DNA of 64,000 nucleotides from Patescibacteria group bacterium (GCA_041662665.1 JBAZSC010000001.1:321511-385510), one strand, 5' to 3'. Shown: positions 30,035-39,493, counted from the first letter of the stretch. Made by a program: numbers and translations. Notes: generated by a model from the sequence alone, not told the origin.

Positions 30035-31099
30035 TTAGTTTATCCCCATTTTGAGACGCTGATCTTCTTCTTTCAATTTATCAATTATTGGATCTAGGTC
30101 ACCGCCCAAAACATAGGGTATACCGTTAGTCGTAAATTTGATTCTATGATCAGTAACTCTATCTTGTGGAAAATTATAAGTTCTAATTTTTTCTGATCGA
30201 TCACCAGTTCCGATTTGCATTTTTCTTTCAGCTCCAGCTTTTTTTGTTCTCTCTTCTTCCTGTTGTGCTAGTACTCTTGATCTCAAAACTTTCATCGCTT
30301 TTGCTTTATTTTTTTGTTGAGATCTTTCATCTTGGCAGGAAGCAACAATGCCAGTAGGTAAGTGTGTAATTCTAATTGCTGAATAAGTTGTATTAACACT
30401 TTGTCCGCCAGCGCCTTGAGAACAAAAAGTATCAATTCTTAAATCTTTCGGTTCTATTTTAAATTCAACTTCTTCTACTTCTGGCAAAACAACAATTGTT
30501 ACAGTTGATGTTTGAATTCTACCTTGTTTTTCTGTTACTGGCACTCTTTGAACGCGATGAACGCCACTTTCATATTTTAAATCTCGATAAACATTATCGC
30601 CTTTGACCGCAAAAATAATTTCTTTAAAACCTCCAATACCTGTTCGATTAGAATTCATTATCTCAATTTTCCAACCTTTTTTTTCAGCAAATCTGGAATA
30701 CATTCTAAATAATTCTGCTGCAAATAAGGCAGCTTCCTCTCCACCAGCTCCAGCTCGAATTTCCATAATCGCATTTTTTGAATCATTTGGATCTTTTGGC
30801 AATAGCTCAACTTCTAAATCTTTCTTCAATTTTTCAAATTCTATTTTTAAATTAGTTAAATCTTCATTTGCCATTTCAATCAATTCTTTATCATTTTCAG
30901 ACTTAATTAATTCTTCATTATCTTTAATTTGTTTCGTTATTTCCTCATATTTATTTATCAAATCAACAGTATCTCTTAATTCAGCAGCTCTTTTAGATAA
31001 TTTTGTCAATTTTAAACTGTCTGAAACTATTTCAGGAGAGCTTAATTCTTGATTTATTTTATTATATTCTTCTTTAATCTTTTTTAATTTTTCTTCCAT
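30035..31099 (-). CDS. prfA: Peptide chain release factor 1
   Basis: GGQ motif (SQGAGGQSVNTTYSAIRITHLPTG) and a PVT tripeptide (RVQRVPVTE). Confidence 0.9.
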   Translation of the reverse strand: MEEKLKKIKEEYNKINQELSSPEIVSDSLKLTKLSKRAAELRDTVDLINKYEEITKQIKDNEELIKSENDKELIEMANEDLTNLKIEFEKLKKDLEVELLPKDPNDSKNAIMEIRAGAGGEEAALFAAELFRMYSRFAEKKGWKIEIMNSNRTGIGGFKEIIFAVKGDNVYRDLKYESGVHRVQRVPVTEKQGRIQTSTVTIVVLPEVEEVEFKIEPKDLRIDTFCSQGAGGQSVNTTYSAIRITHLPTGIVASCQDERSQQKNKAKAMKVLRSRVLAQQEEERTKKAGAERKMQIGTGDRSEKIRTYNFPQDRVTDHRIKFTTNGIPYVLGGDLDPIIDKLKEEDQRLKMGIN

Positions 31100-31223
31100 A
31101 TAATTTAATTATTTTATTTATCTGTGTCTCTGTGTGCATCTGTAAAGTATCTGTGTAAGATTTGTGACACATTAATTATAACAAAAAACAGAGTATTAAT
31201 AAAAACACTCTGCTTTAAAATCG

Positions 31224-31490
31224 CTATTTATTTGCTGCTTTTTCTTTTCTAATTCTTGGCTTTTTTTCTTTCTTGTCTTGTGTAAATTTCAAGAATTTTT
31301 CTTGTCTTGCCTTGAATTTGTCAAGCATTCCAGCTGTATCAACAAATTTGGCTTTGCCAGTAAATGTTGGATGGCAAGCTGAGCAAATTTCAACATGCAT
31401 CTCCGGAATTGTAGATGCTGTTTTGATTGTATTCCCGCAAGCACATTTGATTGTTGCAGGACCAAATTTAGGATGGATTTTTTCTTTCAT
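31224..31490 (-). CDS. rpmE: 50S ribosomal protein L31
   Basis: MKEKIHPKF ... VEICSACHPTFTGK is a typical L31. Confidence 0.9.
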   Translation of the reverse strand: MKEKIHPKFGPATIKCACGNTIKTASTIPEMHVEICSACHPTFTGKAKFVDTAGMLDKFKARQEKFLKFTQDKKEKKPRIRKEKAANK

Positions 31491-31600
31491 GAGCTTAAAA
31501 ATATAAAAACCTAAAAATATAAAAATTTAGATTTATAAAACAATTATACACAAAACACAGAAAAATGCAAGAGTAAATAAAAAAACCGCTTCAAAGCGAT

Positions 31601-31819
31601 TTAAAATCCGAAAGATCTTGATTTCTTTTTATCAAGGTACAATCGTACTTGTTCAGGGGTAACAAGAGAAACTTTCACAGCCATATCTGCGACACATGCA
31701 CCACAAAATATTTTATTGCCCAAGTTTTTTAATTGTACGCCACATTCAAAATGAAAACCGTTTCCACAAATTGAACATGTCATTGCCGAGTTACTGCCAC
31801 AAACTTTGCACAATGCCAT
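31601..31819 (-). CDS. Stand-alone zinc-ribbon protein; SD-led cassette gene, paralogous to the N-terminus of the adjacent Prs
   Basis: Start reassigned to MALCKVCGS, preceded by GGAGGaaaggg. The pattern CxxC..CSIC..GNKIFCGAC..VTPEQ aligns with the Prs N-terminal domain. Confidence 0.6.
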   Translation of the reverse strand: MALCKVCGSNSAMTCSICGNGFHFECGVQLKNLGNKIFCGACVADMAVKVSLVTPEQVRLYLDKKKSRSFGF

Positions 31820-31917
31820 CCCTTTCCTCCTTTTCCTCTGCCAAAAGAACATTTATATTATACAAAAAATGCAAAGAATCGCAAGAGTAAATAAAAAAAC
31901 TGCCAAAAAGCAGTTAT

Positions 31918-33039
31918 CTAGTCAAAAAGTGCAGAAACAGAACCATACTCATAAATAGCCTTAATCGCATCAGCAATTAATTTATCAACAGACACAACTC
32001 TTATTTTTTCATGTAACTTTCTTTCTGGAATATGAACAGTATCAGTAACAGCTAGAAAATCTAGACAAGATAGTTGAATTCGTTCTGCTGCTCCTTCTGT
32101 CAATTCACCATGGATCCCACCTCCAACAACTTTTATTGCTCCATTTTTTAAGCAAGCTTGACCCATTTTAATCATTGTTCCAGCTGATTTCACAATATCA
32201 TCAATAATCAAAACAACTTTACCAGATACATTTCCAATAATCGTTATCTGATCAACTCTATCATCTGTAGTATCTCGACCTTCCTTGTGAGCAACGGCAA
32301 AGCCAACTCCGAATTTCCTAGCATAAGCGCCAACTACTTTGGCATAGCCTGCATCAGTCAAAAAAACAGTTCGATTAGAATCGATCAAATCAGCAAAAGC
32401 TTCTTTCAAAAGCAATGGTGTTGCCCAAAGATGATCAACCGGCTTGTTCGTAAAGCCTTGAATCGCACCAGCATGCAGATCCACAAAAACAAATCTATCG
32501 GCACCAGCTGTTTCAAACAAATCAATCATTAATCTTGCTGAAATAGCAATTCTTGGTTGAGTTTTTCTCTCTTGCCGTTGATAAGCAAAATCAGGAATCA
32601 CTACGCAAACTTCTTGAGCTGAAGCTTGTTTTGCGGCCCTTATCATTATTAGCAATTCTTCTCTAACCTTTGCACCAAGTTCATCTTCGCTAGCAACGGT
32701 TGGCTGAATAATAAAGACTCTTCTTCCTCTTAAGTTCTCAAGAAACTGAGGTCTCATTTCACTGCCTTCAAAATCAGTAAATCTCATTTTTCCAAGTTCA
32801 ACGCCCAGCTTATTACAAACTCTTTGTGCCAAAAGCTCATTAGATCTGCCAGAAAAGATTGCTAATTGATGAGGAGTAACAGATCTATAGAGAGTTTTGC
32901 CACAATCGCGACAAATAAATTTTTTTCCAATTTTTGTCAGGCATTGCGAACAAAAACATTGATCGCAGAACATACAAATTCCTTCTGCCGAATTTTCTTG
33001 ATGCAAGATGCAATGAACTCCAAAACTTTTTTCTGTCAT
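31918..33039 (-). CDS. prs: Ribose-phosphate pyrophosphokinase fused to an N-terminal zinc-ribbon domain; SD-led
   Basis: Start reassigned to MTEKSFG, preceded by aAGGAGGagaga. The Prs blocks are RVFIIQP, IPDFAYQRQERK and VVLIIDDIVKSAGT. The N-terminus is CMFCDQCFCSQCL..GKKFICRDCG. Confidence 0.8.
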   Translation of the reverse strand: MTEKSFGVHCILHQENSAEGICMFCDQCFCSQCLTKIGKKFICRDCGKTLYRSVTPHQLAIFSGRSNELLAQRVCNKLGVELGKMRFTDFEGSEMRPQFLENLRGRRVFIIQPTVASEDELGAKVREELLIMIRAAKQASAQEVCVVIPDFAYQRQERKTQPRIAISARLMIDLFETAGADRFVFVDLHAGAIQGFTNKPVDHLWATPLLLKEAFADLIDSNRTVFLTDAGYAKVVGAYARKFGVGFAVAHKEGRDTTDDRVDQITIIGNVSGKVVLIIDDIVKSAGTMIKMGQACLKNGAIKVVGGGIHGELTEGAAERIQLSCLDFLAVTDTVHIPERKLHEKIRVVSVDKLIADAIKAIYEYGSVSALFD

Positions 33040-33196
33040 TCTCTCCTCCTTGGCAAGGATTTCTCCTTGCATTAAACGGAATGAACTTCATTTCATAATC
33101 TACCTATTTTGTAACAATCAAAAAAGAAACAACCTAGAATTTATTGTCCGCCGTAGTCCCGCAGGACGAAGGCGGATTGAATTTTAAGGAACAAAA

Positions 33197-34843
33197 TTAT
33201 TTTATTTTTTTAATCATGTAGCTATCCTGAAATTTATATCCTTGTTTTCGATAATAATCTCTAACACCGACACCAGAAATAACTGCAATTTTGTTTAATC
33301 TAAATTCTTTTTTAACAATTTTTTCTGCTTCTTTCATCAAACTTTTACCTAAGCCCATGTGTTGTGAAGCCTTCAAATTTTTCTTATCAATTTCAACCAT
33401 TTGTCCTAAACTTTTCAATTCTCTAATTATAGCACAATTATTTAATACATTAATATAATGTTTTTCATGAGTAAAATATTGTGATGGAATTCTTAATCTA
33501 AGATAAGCTAATATTTTATTATTTTTTTCATCCTCATAGCTTAGAAAAATTTCTTTTCCATTTGAGGCATTATAATCCATCCTGGTTAATTTTATATCTC
33601 CCATTTCCCATTTCCCATTTCTCACTTCACGACATCGAATGCATTTGCACAACAAATTTTGTTCAATCATTTTTGCATGAACAACTTGTCTAATATTTGA
33701 CATTTTATTTCCAGCCACAATATCTGGAGCCGGAATATCTCGACCAAGTCTCATTATTCTAACATATTTTGGAATTTTTTGTTTAATTTTAATTAGCAAT
33801 TCAACAATTTCTTTATCGCTGTATGGTTTATATTTTCCTGCTTTCCAAACTTTATATAATTTAGAATTCTTCGTCAAAACACAAGGATAAATTTTTAACA
33901 TATCAGGCTGAAAAGAAGAATCAGAAAATAATTCTTCAAACATTTGCAAATCTTTATTATTATTACTTTTTGGTAAATTCGGCATCATGTGATAATTGAT
34001 TTTAAAACCTGCATCTTTCAGCAATTGTGTTGCCTGTATAGTTTTATCAATCAAATGTCCGCGATTATTGAACTTTAAAACATTATCATAAATACTTTGC
34101 ACGCCTAGTTCAATTCTGGTAGCTCCAAGTTTTCGCATTCTGATTACTTCTTTCTCATCAATCAAATCAGGTCTTGTTTCAAGAGTCATTCCAATAATTC
34201 TATGTTTCGCTTTTTCATTTCGCTTTTGTTCGTCAGTTAAAGTCGTTTGTTTATTTGTTTTATTGTTTTTTTGTTTATTAAAATGATTAGCCGTTTTAAA
34301 ACATTTTAACACAAAATTATTTTGATAATTTTTTGGTAGGGCAGTCCACGATCCTCCCATAATAATCAGCTCAATTTTATCAGTTTTATGTCCGCAAATA
34401 TTTAATGCTTCTAATCTTGTTTCAATCTGTTTTTTTGGCGAGTAATTACAAAGAATTGCTCTCATTACAGCTGGCTCATCATTCAAGTAGCTTTTTGGCA
34501 TTTTTGGTTGACTCGGACAATACAAACATTTTCCAGGACATTTGTATGGCTTTGTAAAAATTGCAATTGAAGCAATGCCAGATAATGTTCTGGTCTTTTG
34601 TTTTTTTAATAATTCCTCAAAATTTTTGTCTTGCTTAATCTTTTTCTCTTTGATTAAATTTCTATAAACTGATAAAATATTAATATTAGTTAGTAAATTG
34701 CATTTATATTTTTTCGAAATCTTTCTTTTTTCCAATTCAAATTTGGATCTTAAAAAAGATTTTTGCTTCAAAGTTTTAATTATAAGTTCTTCAACTGGTT
34801 TCATAAGACTAATTATATTATAATAATAAACCATTTTTGTCAA
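33197..34843 (-). CDS. Elp3-like radical SAM / GNAT acetyltransferase (tRNA uridine-34 carboxymethyl synthase family)
   Basis: A CPGKCLYCP radical-SAM cluster motif, about 540 aa in length, and a C-terminal GNAT-like end (VISGVGVRDYYRKQGY). The true start may be the internal MKPVEEL. Confidence 0.75.
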   Translation of the reverse strand: MTKMVYYYNIISLMKPVEELIIKTLKQKSFLRSKFELEKRKISKKYKCNLLTNINILSVYRNLIKEKKIKQDKNFEELLKKQKTRTLSGIASIAIFTKPYKCPGKCLYCPSQPKMPKSYLNDEPAVMRAILCNYSPKKQIETRLEALNICGHKTDKIELIIMGGSWTALPKNYQNNFVLKCFKTANHFNKQKNNKTNKQTTLTDEQKRNEKAKHRIIGMTLETRPDLIDEKEVIRMRKLGATRIELGVQSIYDNVLKFNNRGHLIDKTIQATQLLKDAGFKINYHMMPNLPKSNNNKDLQMFEELFSDSSFQPDMLKIYPCVLTKNSKLYKVWKAGKYKPYSDKEIVELLIKIKQKIPKYVRIMRLGRDIPAPDIVAGNKMSNIRQVVHAKMIEQNLLCKCIRCREVRNGKWEMGDIKLTRMDYNASNGKEIFLSYEDEKNNKILAYLRLRIPSQYFTHEKHYINVLNNCAIIRELKSLGQMVEIDKKNLKASQHMGLGKSLMKEAEKIVKKEFRLNKIAVISGVGVRDYYRKQGYKFQDSYMIKKIK

Positions 34844-34856
34844 AGGTAATTAATTT

Positions 34857-34943
34857 AACTTATCTAATTAGTCTAACTAATCTAACTTATCTAATTAGTC
34901 TAACTAATCTAACTTATCTAATTAGTCTAACTAATCTAACTCG
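34857..34943. repeat. 27-bp tandem repeat, about 3.2 copies, each containing the palindrome ctaattag
   Basis: The unit aacttatctaattagtctaactaatct starts at 34857, 34884 and 34911. It lies in the divergent gap between the Elp3-like and methyltransferase genes. Confidence 0.85.
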
Positions 34944-34954
34944 TATTTTAAACT

Positions 34955-35671
34955 ATGGACAAAGAATACGCTCAAAAATTAATAGATAAAACCAAGCAGG
35001 ACTACAAATCCTTGGCTAAAGAGTTTTCCGCAACTCGTGCTTTTTCATGGCAAGAATTAGAAGATCTCGTAAAATTTATAAAGCCAAATCAAAATGTTCT
35101 TGATGCGGGCTGTGGCAATGGACGTCTTTATCAATTACTGAAAAATAAAAATATTAAATATTTAGGTATTGATAATAGCGAGGCATTAATTAATGAAGCT
35201 AAAACAAAATATCAATTTGGAAATTTCAGACAAATGGATTTGTTAGATCAACATTTTGAAGCAGAAACTTTTGACATAATTTTTTGCATTGCTGCTTTGC
35301 AACATATTCCATCTAAAGAATTCCGCTTGCAAGTTTTGCGAGATTTTTATCACATCTTAAAACCAAATAGTTATTTATTAATGACTAATTGGAATCTTTG
35401 GCAAGCAAAATATTTTTGGCAAACTATTAAATATTCATTTTTAAGTATTGCTGGCAAGCACAAAGAATTAGATTTGAAAGATGTTTATATGCCATGGAAA
35501 GCAAGATTTGGCGTTGTTGATCGTTATTATCATGCTTTCACCAAAAAAGAATTGGCAAGTTTATTGCAAGAAGTTGGTTTTAAAGTAGAAGATCAGTATT
35601 ATGTTAAAAAAGGTGAAAAATCAAATTGGCGAAATGGATATAATCTAATTACGATTGCTAAAAAAATATAG
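34955..35671 (+). CDS. Class I SAM-dependent methyltransferase, Trm9-like
   Basis: EFSATRAFSW...VLDAGCGNGRLY resembles the FSxTR..W plus GCGNG signature of Trm9/ALKBH8-type methyltransferases. Confidence 0.65.
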   Translation: MDKEYAQKLIDKTKQDYKSLAKEFSATRAFSWQELEDLVKFIKPNQNVLDAGCGNGRLYQLLKNKNIKYLGIDNSEALINEAKTKYQFGNFRQMDLLDQHFEAETFDIIFCIAALQHIPSKEFRLQVLRDFYHILKPNSYLLMTNWNLWQAKYFWQTIKYSFLSIAGKHKELDLKDVYMPWKARFGVVDRYYHAFTKKELASLLQEVGFKVEDQYYVKKGEKSNWRNGYNLITIAKKI

Positions 35672-35673
35672 TA

Positions 35674-35702
35674 TTGACATTATTAGTATTTTTGTATAAA
35701 AT
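35674..35702 (+). promoter_or_regulatory. Sigma70-type promoter of a secreted-protein cassette
   Basis: TTGACA (35674-35679), a 17-nt spacer, then TAAAAT (35697-35702). Confidence 0.6.
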
Positions 35703-35736
35703 AATTAGTCTTAATTCAGTCAAGGAGGAGGAAGAG

Positions 35737-36198
35737 ATGAGAAGAGCAGTTCTGATTGTTCTCTCTGCAATTATATTCAGTTCCAATGCCTTTGCACAAA
35801 AACAACTCACTGTTCCAAAAGAAATTGTTGTAGAAATGGAAAAAACTGGTTGTCAAGTTATCCCATCTTACGTTAGTACTCAGAGCAATTACATCAACTT
35901 TGACATTGATAACCAAAATATCCCAAAATGTGTTGTCATTCCGATCGCAGCCAATTTCTCAACGCTTACTTTCCTTGTCCAAGCGCCATACAATTATGAT
36001 GTTACGGCTGAATTTTCTGATGGCAATCTGCAATTTTACAGGCATCAGAAAGAACGAAGTAAGCTTCAAATCAATCTCTGGAATTGCTTCAATCTTGGTC
36101 GTAATAGTTGGCTATTCGTCAAAGTTTCTATCTATAATCAAGATCCCAAAGCTCAACCAAACCAGAAAATTTATTTCGGAGCTCGTGCCAGGCAATAG
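35737..36198 (+). CDS. Small secreted protein; SD-led cassette gene
   Basis: Start reassigned to MRRAVLIVLSAIIFSSNAFAQ (signal peptide), preceded by cAAGGAGGAGGaagag. The terminator agatcggtttaccgatct plus T-run follows. Confidence 0.6.
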   Translation: MRRAVLIVLSAIIFSSNAFAQKQLTVPKEIVVEMEKTGCQVIPSYVSTQSNYINFDIDNQNIPKCVVIPIAANFSTLTFLVQAPYNYDVTAEFSDGNLQFYRHQKERSKLQINLWNCFNLGRNSWLFVKVSIYNQDPKAQPNQKIYFGARARQ

Positions 36199-36335
36199 CT
36201 CATTTCAGATCGGTTTACCGATCTTTTTTATTTCTCTTGCCAAAATTTTTTTCTCATGTTATATTGCTAACAGTAAACCATTAACACTTCACAGTTAACT
36301 GTTAAATGTTAAAAGTTAATTGTTAATACACCACA

Positions 36336-36456
36336 CGTTTTCCGACCACCAGCCTTCCTCTCATTAACAAATCTTGTTAAATTGAGTGGCATGGTGGAAT
36401 GACGAAAACGGCGGACTAAGGACAAATCTTCTTAGTTCGCCATGGGCGAATTTTTT
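36336..36456 (+). ncRNA. Candidate structured RNA / attenuator-like leader upstream of rpsB
   Basis: Long helix cgttttc..ccacc..gcc / ggc..ggtgg..gaaaacg (36336-36410). A 10-bp hairpin gcggactaag/cttagttcgc (36411-36440) overlaps a small terminator ttcgcc-atg-ggcgaa plus T6 (36436-36456). Confidence 0.3.
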
Positions 36457-36548
36457 AATTTTGTTATTAATTTTAGTTATTTATAATTTAGTTATTTTGT
36501 TATTTTTGTTATAATACAAAGTACTAGATTATATAATCAAATCTAATT

Positions 36549-37289
36549 ATGAAGACCCCAACGATTCAAGAGCTACTAAAGGCAGGTGCACATTTTGGCC
36601 ACAAAGCAGCAAAATGGAATCCAAAAATGAAACAATATGTCTTTGCAAAAAAAGAAGGCATTTATATTATCAACCTTTCCAAAACAAAAGAAATGCTTGA
36701 AAAAGCATTAGAATATGTTGCCGAAATTGCCAAAAAAGGCGGAAAAATTGTTTTTATCTGCACAAAAAGACAAGGCAAAGATATTGTTAAAAAAGCTGCA
36801 ATTTCTTGCAATATGCCTTATGTTACAACAAGATGGCTTGGCGGAACTTTGACAAATTTCAAAACAATTCACAACTTAATTCAAAAATTAAGAACATTGG
36901 AAAGAAAAAAAGAAACTGGTGAAATGGAAAAGAATTATACAAAATATGAAAAGCAATTAATGCTTGAAGATATTGAAAAATTAAATAACAAAATCGGTGG
37001 TTTGAAGAATTTAGACAAATTGCCAGAAGCTTTATTTTTAATCGATGTTATGGATAACAAATCAGCAGTTAAAGAAGCAAGAGTTGTCAATCTTCCAACA
37101 GTTGCATTAGTTGATGCAAATGCCAATCCAGAAATCATCAATTATCCAGTTCCTTGCAATGATGATGCTATCAAAGTTATTGATTTAATGGCAAATACAT
37201 TTGCAGAATGCATTAAAGAAAATTATAAAGAACAAAAGCCAACAGTAGGCAATGTAACAAAAGTTACAGGCCCACAAAATTTGAGATAA
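36549..37289 (+). CDS. rpsB: 30S ribosomal protein S2
   Basis: LLKAGAHFGHKAAKWNPKM and TTRWLGGTLTNF motifs. Confidence 0.95.
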   Translation: MKTPTIQELLKAGAHFGHKAAKWNPKMKQYVFAKKEGIYIINLSKTKEMLEKALEYVAEIAKKGGKIVFICTKRQGKDIVKKAAISCNMPYVTTRWLGGTLTNFKTIHNLIQKLRTLERKKETGEMEKNYTKYEKQLMLEDIEKLNNKIGGLKNLDKLPEALFLIDVMDNKSAVKEARVVNLPTVALVDANANPEIINYPVPCNDDAIKVIDLMANTFAECIKENYKEQKPTVGNVTKVTGPQNLR

Positions 37290-37302
37290 ATAATAAAATA
37301 AA

Positions 37303-38715
37303 ATGGAAAATCAAAATCAAACATCCTATGATGCTTGGTTGAAAGAGTGTGATTTTCTAGCAAAAGTCAGAAAAGAAAACCCAAAAAAGATAGAACGACA
37401 AAACCCAATTATCGAGGATCAAAAATTACTTCAAGATTACGGAATTGAAATAATTTCTGATCTACCTTTGGGTTTTTTGCGTTTTTCGCCAGCTGATTTC
37501 ATTGTTGAAGAAATTACTCAAGATGGCAGAATTACAACTATTGATCCAGAAAATGATCCAAGCTTAGCAGATCAAGAAGGCGAGACAGTTTATGCTGATG
37601 TAGTTAAAATTGGCATTCCAACATTAGAAGCAATTGATCGTATTGCCAAAAAATTGAATGTAGGCTTAGGACAAATTGGCTATTCTGGCATGAAAGATGC
37701 CATTGCTATTACTTCTCAAAAATTTAGTTTTAGAAAAATATCCAGAGATAAAATAAAAGAATTAAAACTTCCAAATATTTATTTAAAAAATATAATTGTT
37801 AGCAAAGGCGCTTTGCAACCAGGAAATTTGATTGGTAATAGATTTAATATTTTTATCCGAACAAAAGGTTTGTACGATCCAAATTTGTTATTAGAAAAAT
37901 TAAACCATATTAAAGAAGTTGGCTTTTATAATTTTTTTGGCAGTCAACGATTTGGCGGAGCTAGGGGAATTGGCCACAAGCTTGGTATAATTTTACTTCG
38001 TGGTGATTATGAGTTAGCAGTTAAAGCATTTTTAATTGCTCAAGGCAAGAATGAAATTCCATTAATCCAAGAATTAAGAAACAAAGCCAAAGCAATTTAT
38101 GGCAATTGGAATGATATGATCAAAATTTATGAACAAATGCCATATACTTTTTCTGGCGAAATAAGAGTTTTAAAAGCTTTGACGCATGAACCAAGTGATT
38201 ATATTAATGCCTTATTAGCAATCAAAGAACAAGTCAAACTTTGGGCTTATGCTTACGGTAGCTATTTATTTAATAAAAAAATCTCACAATTAGTTCGCAA
38301 CAAAATTAATCTGCCAGCTAAATTGCCATTATTTTTGAGCAATGAAAGATCAGACAAAGATTTGTATGAAGACTTTTTAGAAAGCGATAAAACAAAAAAT
38401 TTCCGAGAATCAGCTCGTCCATTTCCATTTATCCAGTTGCGTCATTATGAAGTTCCAACATTATTATCTCCAAAAATTAATTCTTTTACTTGTACAGAAG
38501 ATGGAGTTGCCATTAATTTTGAATTACACAAAGGTGCCTATGCCACAACATTTTTATCTCATATCTTTACTTTGACAATGGGCTTGCCATTGCCAAGTTG
38601 GGTCTCACAAAAAGAAATTGATACCTTAAAAATATTAGAGCTAGGCACAATAGAAAATATCAAAAAAGTTTTTGAAGAATACTGGTCAAATGTTTTAACA
38701 AATTCTGGTAAATAA
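37303..38715 (+). CDS. truD: tRNA pseudouridine synthase D
   Basis: GYSGMKDAIAITSQKFS (GxKD motif) and FGSQRFG are typical of TruD. Confidence 0.8.
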   Translation: MENQNQTSYDAWLKECDFLAKVRKENPKKIERQNPIIEDQKLLQDYGIEIISDLPLGFLRFSPADFIVEEITQDGRITTIDPENDPSLADQEGETVYADVVKIGIPTLEAIDRIAKKLNVGLGQIGYSGMKDAIAITSQKFSFRKISRDKIKELKLPNIYLKNIIVSKGALQPGNLIGNRFNIFIRTKGLYDPNLLLEKLNHIKEVGFYNFFGSQRFGGARGIGHKLGIILLRGDYELAVKAFLIAQGKNEIPLIQELRNKAKAIYGNWNDMIKIYEQMPYTFSGEIRVLKALTHEPSDYINALLAIKEQVKLWAYAYGSYLFNKKISQLVRNKINLPAKLPLFLSNERSDKDLYEDFLESDKTKNFRESARPFPFIQLRHYEVPTLLSPKINSFTCTEDGVAINFELHKGAYATTFLSHIFTLTMGLPLPSWVSQKEIDTLKILELGTIENIKKVFEEYWSNVLTNSGK

Positions 38716-38806
38716 TTCTGCGTTTTCTGCGTTCGATTCTGCGTATTTCTGCGGAATCGTTTTTAACGCAGACTAACGCAGAATCTAACGCAGAACGTGC
38801 AGAAAA
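38716..38806. repeat. Word-built inverted repeat (ttctgcg / cgcagaa words)
   Basis: ttctgcgttttctgcgttcgattctgcgtatttctgcgg faces aacgcagactaacgcagaatctaacgcagaacgtgcagaa. Confidence 0.75.
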
Positions 38807-38829
38807 TAATCTACACGTTTTTTTTGTGC

Positions 38830-38860
38830 AAAAAAAAGACCGACTCGGACGAGTCAGTCT
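38830..38860 (-). terminator. Intrinsic terminator of high-GC cassette C
   Basis: The minus strand reads agactgactcgtccgagtcggtct followed by T8. Confidence 0.7.
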
Positions 38861-38905
38861 AGGTAGGGTGCGAAAGGAACGGGTGTTGTGAGTGTGTGGG
38901 TAGGT

Positions 38906-39493
38906 CTATCGGGTGGGGGGGCTCAGCGTGTAGGTGTAGCGACCGGGGGCGAAGCTGATGTGCAGCTCTTCCTGGGTCACCATGCCGTCGCGGGGGACTG
39001 GCACGTTCACGGTGTCGAGCCTGTACAGCTCTTCACCCTTCTCGTTGACGTTGGCCCAGACGTTGCAGTAGGGTGTGGTCTGGTTGAAGAGGTTGACGAC
39101 ACGATCGGGCAGCTTGAGATCTTTTCCTGTCTGAGTGAGCACCAGCTGCAGGAACCTCTTCCTGCCACGCTTATCCTCACGCCAGAACCAGAAGGCATCC
39201 GTCACCTTGTAGCCAGCCATGCCGAGCTCGCTCAGGAGTGCGCTCATGTCGACCATCTGCCGATTGGCAGCGATGTTCGTGCCGGTGTCATCCATGCCGT
39301 CTCTCTTGACACCGAACTCGATTCCGAGATCCTTTGCCTCCTTGCGGTGCTTCGCAGCCACCGCCTTTGCATCGTACTCCTTCTGAGGGAGCAGAGCCTC
39401 GATCCAGCCGCCGATTCCGGCGACCTTCACGAGGATGATGAGGGGCATGAGCCCCAGACCTTCGAACTGATCAACCAGGACCGTGCGGCTCAT
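38906..39493 (-). CDS. High-GC (about 60%) SD-led ORF of unknown function, 195 aa (module C)
   Basis: Start reassigned to MSRTVLVDQFEG, preceded by acaGGAGGtttccg. Codons mostly end in G or C. There is one hydrophobic segment (LGLMPLIILVKVAGIGGWIEALL). I recognise no family. The plus-strand ORF 38888..39583 is its antisense shadow. Confidence 0.65.
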   Translation of the reverse strand: MSRTVLVDQFEGLGLMPLIILVKVAGIGGWIEALLPQKEYDAKAVAAKHRKEAKDLGIEFGVKRDGMDDTGTNIAANRQMVDMSALLSELGMAGYKVTDAFWFWREDKRGRKRFLQLVLTQTGKDLKLPDRVVNLFNQTTPYCNVWANVNEKGEELYRLDTVNVPVPRDGMVTQEELHISFAPGRYTYTLSPPTR

